Part shown: positions 12,415 through 24,100 of the stretch, piece after piece | How the letters are laid out: every line of letters begins with the position of its first letter | Position numbering within the stretch: the stretch's first letter is position 1 | Assembly: GCF_001194135.2 (NCBI RefSeq) | Contig: NC_068990.1 | Coordinates: 45,512,092-45,547,203, forward strand | DNA length: 35,112 nt | Direction: 5' to 3' | From: Octopus bimaculoides | Taxonomy: Eukaryota | Program-made: the position numbers and the translations under genes | The notes under the pieces: model-generated | What the model was told of the DNA's origin: nothing | The model's database searches: none | Seen by the model: the letters and a program-made list of their open reading frames with translations, nothing else

Positions 12415-12890
12415 TTGGATTTGGCCATATTGATAAGTGGTATGAATATTAACTTAGTAAAATGCTAGAAAGTAAGAAATATAAGCTGTTGTGGAACTTT
12501 AACATTCAAACTGAGGACAGTAATAGAAGCTAGAAGGCCTGATTTAGTAGTAGTAGTAGACAGAGAGAATAGAAAGTGCCAAGTAATTGACTTTACAGTC
12601 TCAAATGATGAGAAAGCCAATATAAGAGGTTTAGAGAAAATAGCAAAGTACCAGGACCTAGGTATTGAGTTACAGAGGCTATGGAAAGTGCAGGTAAAAT
12701 GTATCCCAGTTGTTATAGGTGCATTAGGAACTATTCCTAAAGATTTGAACAGATGGATAGAAGAAATAGGCATAAAACCTATTTTAGTGTAGCTCCAGAA
12801 AATAGTCTCATTAGGGACAGCTAGGATACTTAGGAAGGTTCTAGGCATCTACGGTTTCTTGTAGCCTGATGTGAGGACTTTTTTCCAACA
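12415..12890 (+). mobile_element. Second R4/Dong-clade 3' fragment, from a different subfamily
   Basis: KLLWNFNIQT, RRPDLVVVVDRENRKCQVIDFTV..EKIAKYQDLGIELQRLWKV..IPVVIGALGTIPK..GTARILRKVLG: the same endonuclease motifs with a divergent nucleotide sequence. Confidence 0.85.
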
Positions 12891-12979
12891 GTCTAGTTTC
12901 ATCATCATTATCATCATCATCATCATCATCATTTAATATCTGTTTTTCATGCCGGCATGCATAAATGAAATGATAATAG

Positions 12980-13425
12980 TAATAATCCTTTCTGCAATAG
13001 GCACAAGGCCAAAAAGTTCAGGGGAGGAGGTAAGTTGATTACATTGACCCCAGTGCTTGACTAGTACTTATTTTATCTATCCCAAAAGAATAAAAGCAAA
13101 GTCGATCTTGGTGGAATTTGAACTTGGATGAAATGCCACTAAGCATTTTGTCCGACATGATAACAATTCTGCCAGCTCACAACCTTAATAATAATAATAA
13201 TAATAATCTTTTCTACTAAAGGCGCAAGGCCTGAAATTTTATGGGAGGGGACAAGTCAATTACATTAACTCCAGTACTCAACTGGTAGTTAATTTATCAA
13301 CATCAAAAGGATGAAAGGCAAAGTCAACCTCAGTGGAATTTGAACTCAGAATGTAAGGATGAATGAAATGATGCTAAACATTTTGCCTGGCATGTTCACA
13401 ATTCTGCTAGCTTGCTGTCTTTTTA
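12980..13425 (-). mobile_element. Two tandem tRNA-derived SINEs separated by (TAA)n
   Basis: Same family and arrangement as 10830-11220; (AAT)n at about 13187-13208. Confidence 0.8.
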
Positions 13426-15325
13426 ATAAAAATAATAAAACATATGCTTAATTATAGAGTAAACATAATTTCACTGATGAACAATTCCCTGATTAGGAAC
13501 ATTAATCCTTGAGGAGATGAAAATATCATGACTGCTAAAAAAATAAGAAAGTTTATAGGCTGATCTAGCTTAGCTCATAATCTCTCATTTTAGAAATACT
13601 TTTGGTTTTATCAATGTTTATATATTTTTTTAAAATAAATTTTATAATTCATATTTACAGTTTAAAAAATTCTTTTATTGAAATCATGACTAAGTCAATC
13701 AAGTCAATTGCTTGTTAGTGAATTTGTTGGTAATTTGTTGCTAGCCAAGTATTTAAATAGGATTAAAACAAAATAAGTTTACCATAAATCAGAAACTTGA
13801 TAGTAGGTTCACCATTAATTAGAAAATGACATTATTTTTTATTTCCTTTTAGGTTTTGCTTTTCCTGTGCAATGATTTTAATTATTTCATATTGATTAAA
13901 ATGAGAAGCTGCTTCATAAAACTTATATTTTGAAGTATTATCACAATGAAAGAAATCTTTAAAGGAAAAAGAAAAGCCTTTCCCCACTACATTTTTTAAG
14001 AACCCATTTAGTGCTAATTGTAAAGTTTATGCAGTTCACTCCCCAACACCCATTCCTACTCAATGCACACAGCTGCTTCCCAGTTCTTTCCACCTTACCA
14101 CAGCTTTCTCTTTCTCCTATTTACCTTCATATCTTTTAACTTCATACATTTCACTTATTCATCTTATCCTTCAATTCATCCAAGATACTCTATTAACACT
14201 GAACCTTTAGCAAACTGAACCATTAGCAAATGACCTTCATAGAAAACTATCATCCTTTAGGCTTTGAGTGAGCACCTGACACTCCAACCTTCGCCTCAGA
14301 CACATTACAGTTCCCTTCCTTCATTTTTATGACAGGACAGTATGCTGTCTCTCATACATTGACATTGCTACTCTAATCAATCACACTTCAAGTTTTTATT
14401 TGTTATAAGAGCTATAGAAATACAACATTATATTACAAGCAGTAGAATACTGTACCACAGGATGTTAATGTTATCAGGGATGGGGATAAGAGTTACTCCA
14501 TGTATGAATGAGGACACTACTGAATAGGGATTTGTGTTTTAGAGGCTAGTCAGTTAAAATTCATTTAATGTGTGTGTGTTGAATGTTCACCTGACTAACC
14601 TTAGTCTCTCCTGAACTCCACACTGTCCCATTTAACACTGACAAGTGACAGACTTTAGACACATTGTTTGCTGAAGCTTCTAGAATTTCATTTTGTTAGA
14701 TTCTTATTTGTTCTGTTTTGTGTGATTTTTTGTCTGATACGTTAGTTGGTTAATGTTTGTGAACTAACATACCTTGCAGTGATTATTGTAATTGCTGCTT
14801 GTATTGTTAACTTGGATATATATCCTGTTTCTTTTAATTGGCCCGACCCTTTACTGGTTCCAGCAAGTTTTAGTACTAAGCCCACTTTCCCCTGTAATGA
14901 CTATTTTTCTATTAATTTAATGTCCACTTTTTCATATTTGCATGGGTTAGACAGAGTTTGTCAAGGCAAATTTTCCTTCTTGTTGCCAACCCTCACCTGT
15001 TTCCAAACAAGGTCATATTTTCCCATTGTTAACCCTTTGGAGACAGAGCCTCATTTGGAGTTTCAGTGCCAAGAAGATGAAGCCCTTTTCACAAGCCCTA
15101 CAGAAGGCATGCACTTGTTTAAAAAAAAATTATGAAAAATAAAGTAATTACTTTACATATATAATACTATATACATTATTGTAGGAAATTGAATGAACTA
15201 ATACAATCTTCTTCTTCATTCGACTTTTTGGATGACAACTCAGTCCGAAGGATTAAACATATTTTTTACAGAAGACTAGGAATGAATAATATCACTTGTA
15301 CACACAAACACACAGAGGTATATAT

Positions 15326-15327
<2 letters not shown>

Positions 15328-15365
<38 letters not shown>

Positions 15366-15375
15366 NNNNNNNNNN

Positions 15376-15410
<35 letters not shown>
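15328..15410. repeat. (TG)n microsatellite containing a 10-N gap
   Basis: Seen directly. Confidence 0.95.
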
Positions 15411-15412
<2 letters not shown>

Positions 15413-16640
15413 AGGTTGTAACAAAAGTTCTGTCCGTTTTTTTTTTTTAAGGTTCTATAAAACAATAGAAAAACTGTCTGATTTATTTAATCATTAATAT
15501 AGTCACTGTTCTTTTTTGACTTCTTTCCATCTGTCAACAAGCTTTTTAATGCCACATTCATAAAATTCCTTAGGTTTAGAAGTGTAAAAGGAAATTAACT
15601 CATTTTTGACTTCTCTTGAAGTAAGTCTTAATCCACTCAAATGATTTTGTAAACTTCTAAAGAGATGGTAGTCTGTAGGTATGAGATTCAAAGAATATGG
15701 TGGGCAATGCATAATTTCCCAGGCATATTTTCTTGGAGATCTTTGGTCTTTTGTGCAGTGTGATGTTTTGCATTATGATGAAGGATGACTCTTTTTCTGT
15801 TTGTTAATGATGGATGGCTTTGCTGCAGAGCTGCTTCCAAATGTATTAGCTTTGGCAGTATACATCGACAGTTATTGTTTGATTATCGTCTAGTGGCTTG
15901 TGATTAATTATTCTACACATATCCTATCATACGCTCAGAAGAATCTTCCTTGAATGCAGGCCACTTTTGGGCTGCTGAGCTGGTTTTTCACCATGATTGA
16001 GCCACTGATGTTTTTACTTAATATTATGGTAAAGTATTGATTTTTCATCTCCAGTAATGACTCTTCAAAAAAGGTCACTGGTAGCTCATGAGATTGCAAT
16101 GATGCACAGCAGTCAACACATTGTTTGCAAATGTCTGCAGAGAGTTCATGTAGAACACATTTTCCAACCTTTGACACATTACCAAACCTTCTCAATTCAT
16201 GACGAATGGTGGGATGGCTTATATTGAAGCCTGTGCTTAGTTCTTGAACTGTAACAGTTGAGTTTGCTTCAACATTAGCTTCCAATACATCAGGATCCAT
16301 CCCTCTTGGGCACCATTCTCTTGATTCACCCATCAGGCTGTAGTCCCCATTTCTGAATCATGAAAACTATCTTCTGCATGCTCTTTTATGCCATCGCCAT
16401 AAGTATTTTGGAGTGGTTTTACTGCTACATTTGCACTATTCCCTTTTTGAAATCCATAAGGAATAATATGACATATGTTCTTTGCTTGGAGTGAATATGG
16501 GATCATATGACAAAATCATTAATATATTATTTTCTTTTAGATTTTGTCATTTTCCAAATAGAATTGGGAAGTTAAACACCTTTAAGTCTAACTAAATATT
16601 TACTTAAAAAGGAACGGACAGAACTTTTGTTACAACCTGA
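15411..16640 (-). mobile_element. Full-length mariner with intact 28-bp TIRs and a disrupted transposase
   Basis: tcaggttgtaacaaaagttctgtccgtt (15411-15438) is the exact reverse complement of 16613-16640. Internal minus-strand fragments include TVQELSTGFNISHPTIRHEL..GNVSKVGKCVLHEL and HCPPYSLNLIPTDYHLFRSLQNHL..YECGIKKLVDRW. Confidence 0.93.
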
Positions 16641-17499
16641 TCTATTATATATATACACACACACACATGTATATTAAGAAAAATATGAGTTAGAGGTTAT
16701 GCAACAGTCTAAGGGATAAATGTATCCGTAGGCACTACTGGTGTATTACCTCACTATGTATAGTCCTAGCTATTAGGTATACAATAGTAGGTAACTTAAA
16801 GGTAAAACTGTGGTTTAATATATATAGAAAAGAAAAGAAAAGGAGGAATAATAAAAAAAAAAGTAAATAGTAAATAAATAAAAGTCAATAAAAATATAAT
16901 ATGAGTTGGCAATCTAACGTTATATTTTTATTGATTTTCATTTATTTACTATTTACCTTTCTTTATTATTCCTTTACGTAGCCCATATATATACATTATG
17001 TCATACTAACTTTAAAAAGCATCCTTAGTTTTTAACAAGGGCATTATTTGTAATCATAGGGACTAACCTAGCGGCCACTAACAGCGTTATATATGACAAT
17101 TACCAACACCGGATATCTCCACCAGGTATAACTCCTTCGACTAACACCGCTAGTCAACTAGTAATTTTCCCTACTTACTGCTCTATTCATCTAGCTGAAG
17201 AAATGTACATACATGTGGAACCCAAAAAGTCATGAAAATGTAAGCCTAAAGACTTAACAAGCTTTTTCCTTTTTTTTTTGCCTTTTCCTTTTCCTTTCAT
17301 TTTCCCTTTTTCTCCTATTTATATTCCTCTAAATCATTCTGACAATGTTTGTTAAATGGAATAAGATAAATGCAAATTTACTTTGATTTGATAAACAGAA
17401 ACAGCTGTAACTGGTTCTAAACTACAATTAAACTATGACCTTTTTATACCAATGATCAACTTCTCATTGTTTATTATTGCTCCATTTCTTTTCTTTTAT

Positions 17500-17725
17500 A
17501 CACACACACACACACATATACACTCGTACACACTCATACACATGCATGCACACATACCTAAACATAATGAGTTTCTTTCAATTTGTCTACCAAATCCACT
17601 CACAAGGCTTTGGTTGGCTTCAGGCTACAGTAGAAGACAATTGCTTAAGGTGCCACACAGTGAGAATGAACCTGAGACCACATGGTTGGGAAACAATCTT
17701 CTCAACCACACACTTATGCTTGTAC
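17500..17725. mobile_element. SINE-like repeat with (CA)n
   Basis: tttcaatttgtctaccaaatccactcacaaggctttgg...aaggtgccacacagtgag. Confidence 0.75.
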
Positions 17726-18379
17726 TTGTTTAATAGCAAAAAGGATTCCGGCAGGGTGGTTGAAATTCATGAACATTGGTTCCAGCAATATTTCTCAAAA
17801 GCGGTTCTATGAAAAAACACCTCCTTTTTGGGGGGGGGGGTTCTGCAAGATAAGATGTTTTTATATAAAATTTAATAGAAATCTATTTCATAGAAAGATA
17901 ATATTCAGCTTTTTCAAATTAAAAAATTATATATATTTTTATTGAATGAATTCTATTTATAAAACAATTTTCTTTTTATTGAGGTTTTGTGATTTTTGAA
18001 AAATCTTACAGTTTCTACCACAAATTAAGTTTGAGAATTATCACTCCAAACTTTTAAGTTTAAATCTAGCCAATATTGATTTTGTCCTTAATTTCTCTAG
18101 AGTTGCCTGTTATTTAGCCTTTAGTCAGAGCTGTTATCAGTGATATTCCTGTTGTGAATGCCATCTTTTTTCTAGGAAAATGTATCTAGGACTACATATC
18201 CAATAATCCTTCCATTTTCTTTTTTATTTAAGATGGTGTAGTTTGATTAGCAGGAGAGTTTAGCTACTATAGCTAGCAGGTCAACTATTGATTCAAGTTT
18301 CTTTGATAAAATAAGTAACAAGCAATGAATATGTTAGAGCTGGTGATCAAGTATAAACTGTTACTCATGAGCAAGTATG

Positions 18380-19105
18380 GCCTGGTAACATGTACTGACA
18401 GTTATAACACGTCAGAAACACTAGATTTGAATAGACCCAAATCTTAAGAAGATGCTATCTCAAACTAAAGCAATTTGATGGATTGTTCATTAAAACATTG
18501 GGAAAATTTTATAAGAAAATAGAAATTGTAAATGTTATTGTTGCTGAAAGCGAAGAAAAATATCACTTGCTTGGGATGGATGTGATAAATGTTGATAGTT
18601 CAAGATTAATTCATGAACTTGAAGTTCCAAGATAATTTATGAAATTAATAGGTTTTAAGATTAACATTCTTTCCAAAAGAAATTTCAGGTCATGTGAGGC
18701 AATACACATTAAACCATTAGTTGTAGTGAAGCTCAAGAAACTTATTAATGAAGGTCTTTTAGAAGATTGTCCCGAGGGAATAAACAGGCCTACTAAATGA
18801 AATCAGATGCCCTTCAAAATATATGGAGACTATAAAGTGAATGAAAGTATTTGTTCAGATTCTTATTCGATTCCAAATACTGAATCGATATTCATTCCCT
18901 ATATGTCATCAATTATTTTACAAATTTAGATTTATTAGCAGATAGAAATGTGTTCTGGAGCAGAAGTTACTACAATGGCTACACCAATGAGCTTTTAAGA
19001 TGGAACATATATTCCATACAAAGTTAAAACAGCTAATGTTATCTTTCAGAGAGCAACTGACCATGTTTAAAATGTCATTGATAATGTTTTTTTGTTTTTC
19101 TTAAA
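18380..19105 (+). mobile_element. Decayed Ty3/Gypsy pol fragment (protease-adjacent region and RT)
   Basis: LKQFDGLFIKTLGK..LLGMDVI, IYGDYKVNESICSDSYSIPNTESIF (cf. R.CGDYK..N....YP.P..E..F) and PYKVKTANVIFQRA (cf. PFG..SA..IFQR). Many stops; interrupted by a SINE near 19117. Confidence 0.75.
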
Positions 19106-19116
19106 TCAATATGACA

Positions 19117-19300
19117 GACACACACAAGTATGGCTGTGTTGTTGGGATCTTGCTTCCTAACCATGTGGGTTCAGTGGGTTCAGTCTCACTGAGATAACTT
19201 TGGCAAGTGTTTTCTACTCTAGCCTATAAGCTGATTAAAGCCTTGTTAGTGAATTTGGTAGACAGAAACTGAAAGAAACCTGTCGTGTTTTGTGTGTGTA
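19117..19300. mobile_element. SINE-like repeat
   Basis: gtatggctgtgttg...gggttcagtctcactg...gtgaatttggtagacagaaactgaaagaaac. Confidence 0.7.
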
Positions 19301-21266
19301 AAATAGTTACATCATGTCATGGTCATCAAATGTAACAGTTTTATGTTACAGATAGATGTAATGGATGCAGTGGTGATTAGTATTGAAAACAGGTTAGTTA
19401 TAACTTTGTGGGACAATGAGATATGCACCCAAAATGAATTAAGAATAAACTCTTACAGATTTTATTTATCCGTCACAATCTTGTTGGGGACAGTGTACAG
19501 AGGTGTTGTAGTTGTCTGTTTTCCAGTAGTAAGGGGATGATAGTAATGACAAGGCTTGTGCACTTTTAAGGTAATGTTTGTGTTTGATGTAAATGCTAGA
19601 GAGAGGTAGAAACATTGTATTAGATATATAGTGCTCAGTATATCAGAGGGTGCTCAATCCTGAGAGGAAGGGGAGGAATAAATGATACATTCTGGTATGA
19701 GAAAGAGTGAAAACAAACTGCCTGAAAATATTCAGAGAAGGTTCAAATTTATACATGTTTGAAAGTCGAAAGTAGGTTGGGAGTACAAAGAAAGTGAATG
19801 TGTTTATCTGTGTTGAACCAGTAGGTATAGGTTAAAATAGTGAGGAAAGGCAAACAAGTAGTCAAGGTAAGACTAGGGCATTTGATTTCATTTAATTCAA
19901 TTTAAAAATTTAGCTACATAATGAATGGTAAAAATAGTACAAAACTAGTAAAGATAGTCTCTGACAGCTGTTTCTGGGATATCCCAGTTATTGGATCATC
20001 ATACCAAGTGAAAGACTCTATAAGCTGGGTATACTGTCATCATAGGAATATAGGTTAGACAGTAGAAAGAATACTCCTCATCAGCAATATTTGTTGTGGT
20101 TCATTATCTCCAGGAGGGGATGAGGTCTAATTAAATCCAGTAGGATCGGGTCTTCTTTAGGTAAATTCATGATCAGAAAGACTGGTTAAGTGGTATGTCA
20201 AGGTGAGAAAGAATTGTTATACAGTACTCTATATTGAGAGGAGGTGAAACTGAATGCTAGCAGTGTTGTGCATAGAATAAAGATCCATTCTGGTGTAAGA
20301 GGTATGCATTGGATATATATTGTTCAGTATATTGAAGGGTATTTGTTCCAGAGTTAGAGTGAATGCTAGCAGTTCCAAAGTAGTGTGGATAATGAAAGGA
20401 GGAATAAATAATATATTCTAATGTGAGAGAAAAGATAGATAGGTAGAAACATTGTATTAGATATATAGTGCTCAGTATATTAGAGGGTGCTCAGTCCTGA
20501 GAGGAGGGGGAGGAATAAATGATACATTCTGGTATGAGAAAAGTAGATCTATATAAGGAGGGGTATTATAGTCTTGGGGGAAATTAGAGGGAGCGAATGG
20601 AGAAGGGCTAGTAAATTGTCATTCCCATCTAAAGAGTTTGGGGGTGGAGGTGCTCAAGATGTAAAGGCTGACAGATAAGGGACAGAATAAACTGGGCAGA
20701 TGCCAGGCCTAAGAGGTGGATAATTAAAGAGAGGGTGTGGTTGTGATAATAAAGTGGACATAAGAAAAATAATAGACAAGTGTAAATGTGGGTACTCAAA
20801 TCTTACTTGGTTGGATATGTATGGTTTACTAACCATGAAGGAGAGCTAGAACCCTATAAATAGGTGTCAAACTGTAAAGAAAAGATTTAAGATTTAATAT
20901 TTAAGGTTTAAGATTTACCTCCTGACTCAAAGGGAAGCCACCATTAGCTGTTTTTTGAACAAGACATTCACACATCTACAACTTCAACTACTGTTCTAAC
21001 TGAAATTTTGGTGGCACATCTACTTGAGCATTCAAAATGCATACCTACTAGTTTGAGTCACCTTGACTTAAACTCCCGGCATCTTCTGCGTTGAATCAAA
21101 TTTCTCCTTAGATGTTGAGTAAATGAATATGGCCCATCTTAGGTGAATGGAGAAAGACAGTTGACTCATAGATTTCCAAGTATCAATGTCAAGAATAATG
21201 GAAAGAAACTTGCGGAAAAATGTAGGCTAAGGTTTTGATTCCTGGCTAAGAATCCAAGAACTAACT

Positions 21267-21592
21267 CAGTGGTTCTCAACAAGGGTCCATATGAACTTTG
21301 GAGGGGATGGGGTCTATGCAAGCAAAATAGTAAATTGGGGATCCACTATAGTTTATTAAAGATCCATGAAAAAGTTTGCATTTGATGTATTTATTGCAAG
21401 AAACAGCTCAGTTTCTTTCTGTAACATTTTATAAAGTTCAACCTATACAAGTTAATTCATGAAAAATAAAGTAGGATTTTTGAAAGAAATATCTATAAAA
21501 CTAGTCTTTAAACATTGAATGATTATGGGGGTCTACTAGAATAAAATACTAATCAAAGGGGTCCATAGGCAAAACATGATTAAGAATCACTG
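21267..21592. mobile_element. hAT/Charlie-like MITE
   Basis: Termini cagtggttctcaac and gattaagaatcactg form an imperfect TIR (11/14). No clean 8-bp TSD is seen. Confidence 0.6.
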
Positions 21593-21600
21593 TAACCAAT

Positions 21601-22856
21601 GGTTCTTGTTAATAGAAATCAACAAACAAATCATTTGCTGATCTGAACTGATATCTAGCAAACCAATAATGAATTGTTACAATCACAGAGAACAGCAAAA
21701 CTTAAAACACTAAAATACGTATTCATTTTTAGTACATTTTGGCAGATTTGAATGTGAATGTACTAATTGCTGTCGTATTTTGCCTACAGGGAACAACTTC
21801 TTCTCTCATACAGTGAGTGTTCACAACACTCTTGATTCATTGAGGTAAGAGAGCTTTGAGACACTTCAGTGTTTTGACCTGGTTGTGTCTCCCTAGTTGA
21901 AGCTACCCCTGAATGAATAAATCCAAACAAGAGTTTTGGTTCTTGTTTACAGAAATCATCAAGCAAATTATTTTTTGTCTGCCAGACTGATAAATCATCT
22001 CACACATGGAGAACAGCAAAGATCAAAATAATGACATACATATTCACTCTTAGCATATTCATGTTCAAATCTGTCATGACATATTAAGAAAAAACACAAC
22101 CAGGTGTCTGAAAGTCTGCTTACCTCAATGATTCAAATGTGTTGTGAACACATTGTATGAAAGTTGTTTTTCATTAACAAAATACAACAGTGCCTAGCTT
22201 ATTTACAATGAATCTTCTAGACTATTAAGAATGTATATGTGCATCATTGAAACAATAAGTCTGCAGTAACTGCTTTAATGCTTGAAAACTTTATAAGCAT
22301 GTCAAGCATATATAAATTCTAAACAACTATTCTTTGCAGTGAAGCTCTAATATTTTCACCTGAAGAATTCAAAAAGCAAATTATGAAAAGTGTTTGTGAC
22401 TATGTTCATTGTGGAATTACTGCTATGTGCAGTTGTTTAAAACTAGAAGCCATGAACTGGCAATTCACACAAGGTTTTGGATCATTAAATATGCAATGAT
22501 AAAAACAAACAAAAATTAAAAAAACAGTCTTCGTTTGTGGCTCAAGGTGTTACGTATCTGGGCATGTGTACACATTGATCATGCTTTTGTTGGATTGCAT
22601 TTCATGTAGGTATGAGGGCATTCATATATCTTTAGGATAGAGTCAAGCATTAGTCTGGTTCATTTGTTTATTGTTGTGCTGTGTGTATATGTATGTGACA
22701 ATGTTCAAACAAGGTTATGTGTAACAAGTTTTATTTCATGTTTTACAAAGGTGCATGCAAAATAATATAAAAGGTGTATAAACTGTTTGTTCCCTCATTA
22801 GTGAATTTAATCAGTTAGTGTGGTTAGTAATTAAGCCAGTAGTCGTTGAGGGTTAA
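21601..22856 (+). mobile_element. Decayed piggyBac-like transposon 3' portion with internal rearrangement
   Basis: Right end gtcgttgaggg|TTAA (22853-22856). Frameshifted YLNDS-CVVNTL (cf. YN.TK.GVD..D), NLLD..NVYV, and a Cys-rich tail VCDYVHCGITAMCSC. Confidence 0.5.
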
Positions 22857-23159
22857 AAGTTCATGCTGAAAGAATAGAGAGTGAGCATTGCTCTAGTTAC
22901 ATAGCATGGTAGTTGTCATGGCCAGGAGTAAAAGAGAGCTAGCAGTCCTAGCTGTGTGGGCAGCTGACAAGTTGCCTGCCTAGAAGGAAAAACAGAAAAA
23001 GAGAGAGAATGGCTGTCTGGCTAGGGTTTTTATACCTCCCTAGTAGAAGTGCCATCCAAGCGCAACCTACTGACAACAGAATTAGTTAACATTACTCTCC
23101 CCTGTTCTCTTTAGCCTTTATGGCTCTTGCTACATATCTGATACAAAGAGCTCAGCTAT

Positions 23160-23310
23160 AAAACAGGTGTTATAAGAAATTTTTTTTCTTGGGAAAGTGA
23201 ACCAAAGGTTTTGCTGATGGATAATGGTCCTGAATTTCATGATAATAATTTCTATTTCTGGTTACAGAAAATTGGCTGCATCCTTTGTTGTGTATGTACA
23301 CATGCCCAAT
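23160..23310 (+). mobile_element. Gypsy-type integrase core fragment
   Basis: FSWESEPKVLLMDNGPEFHDNNFYFWLQKIGC matches the retroelement integrase F.R.G.P..L..DNGP.F motif. Confidence 0.75.
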
Positions 23311-23699
23311 AAATGTTGGTTGTGGATTAGTGAATCTTGCTGTTTTGGTTTACTTTCGAGTATTTCTGATGTGTCATTTACATTAAACCTTTAAAAATAT
23401 GATGTAGTAATTTTGAGCTAAATAAAGTTACACTACTCTGCTTTTTTTCTTTCACAAATGTTTCTTCTGCTAAAAATGAACAAGCCTATCAATCCAATAA
23501 TCTCTGATATTTTATGAGATGATACTTTACCATCAACTGCATTAAAATTAGTCACTGGCTTCTTACATTAACAACATTTCTCATGATCAGTAAAGGACTA
23601 GAGAATCATGCATTTTACATTCTAATCATCAATATTTCTCATTCTAACTATGAGTAAGTCCAAGAGTGTGATAGTTCTGATGCTGCTTTAGCTATTACA

Positions 23700-24100
23700 A
23701 AAGTAGTGCAAAAGTGGGCATAACTTTTTTATTAACTGACATAAGTCATTCAAATTGCACAGGTTGGTAGAGTAACTTGTTCTCTGTTTAATAGTAATAT
23801 TCAACATTGTCTCTGCCACAAGTGATGCATTTATGCCATTGTTGAACCCATGTTTTGAATCCTCTTTGAAAAAATTTCTGGCATGCACTGTTCCATCCAC
23901 TTTTTCACAGCCATTTCCATCTCATGTCATGGAATCTTTGTCATCTCTGTTAACAACCTGTAGATTTATGTGAATGTTGGATAGCCTGCACTGTTTCTTC
24001 ATCAAAAAGTAAATGATGGTACATTACATCTGCTTGGAACCTATTATTTGCCTGCAAGGAAGAAGAGTTAGTCTACCCACATGTGTTATTTGAATGATCT
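23700..24100 (-). mobile_element. Highly decayed mariner C-terminal remnant
   Basis: Minus strand QRFHDMRWKWL*KKWMEQCMPEIFSKRIQNMGSTMA*MH resembles a frameshifted mariner tail (F..DE...V..WL...FF..GI..L..RW..C). Confidence 0.55.

Noticed and set aside
13470-13534. Strong minus-strand acceptor giving phase-2 SHDIFISSRINVPNQGIVHQ*
   Set aside because: Phase-compatible with 33125 but not TMEM33-like, and it ends in a stop.
13853-13875. Strong plus-strand acceptor followed by GFAFPVQ*
   Set aside because: Too short to evaluate; no upstream exon can be supported.
14746-15135. 129-aa plus-strand ORF with a hydrophobic start
   Set aside because: Non-ATG start, runs through a SINE fragment and a TTAA-CCC MITE end, and no family is recognised.
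22914-23091. Possible solo LTR (TG...CA, minus-strand TATAAAA and a CT-rich tract)
   Set aside because: No matching TSD and no second copy in the window.
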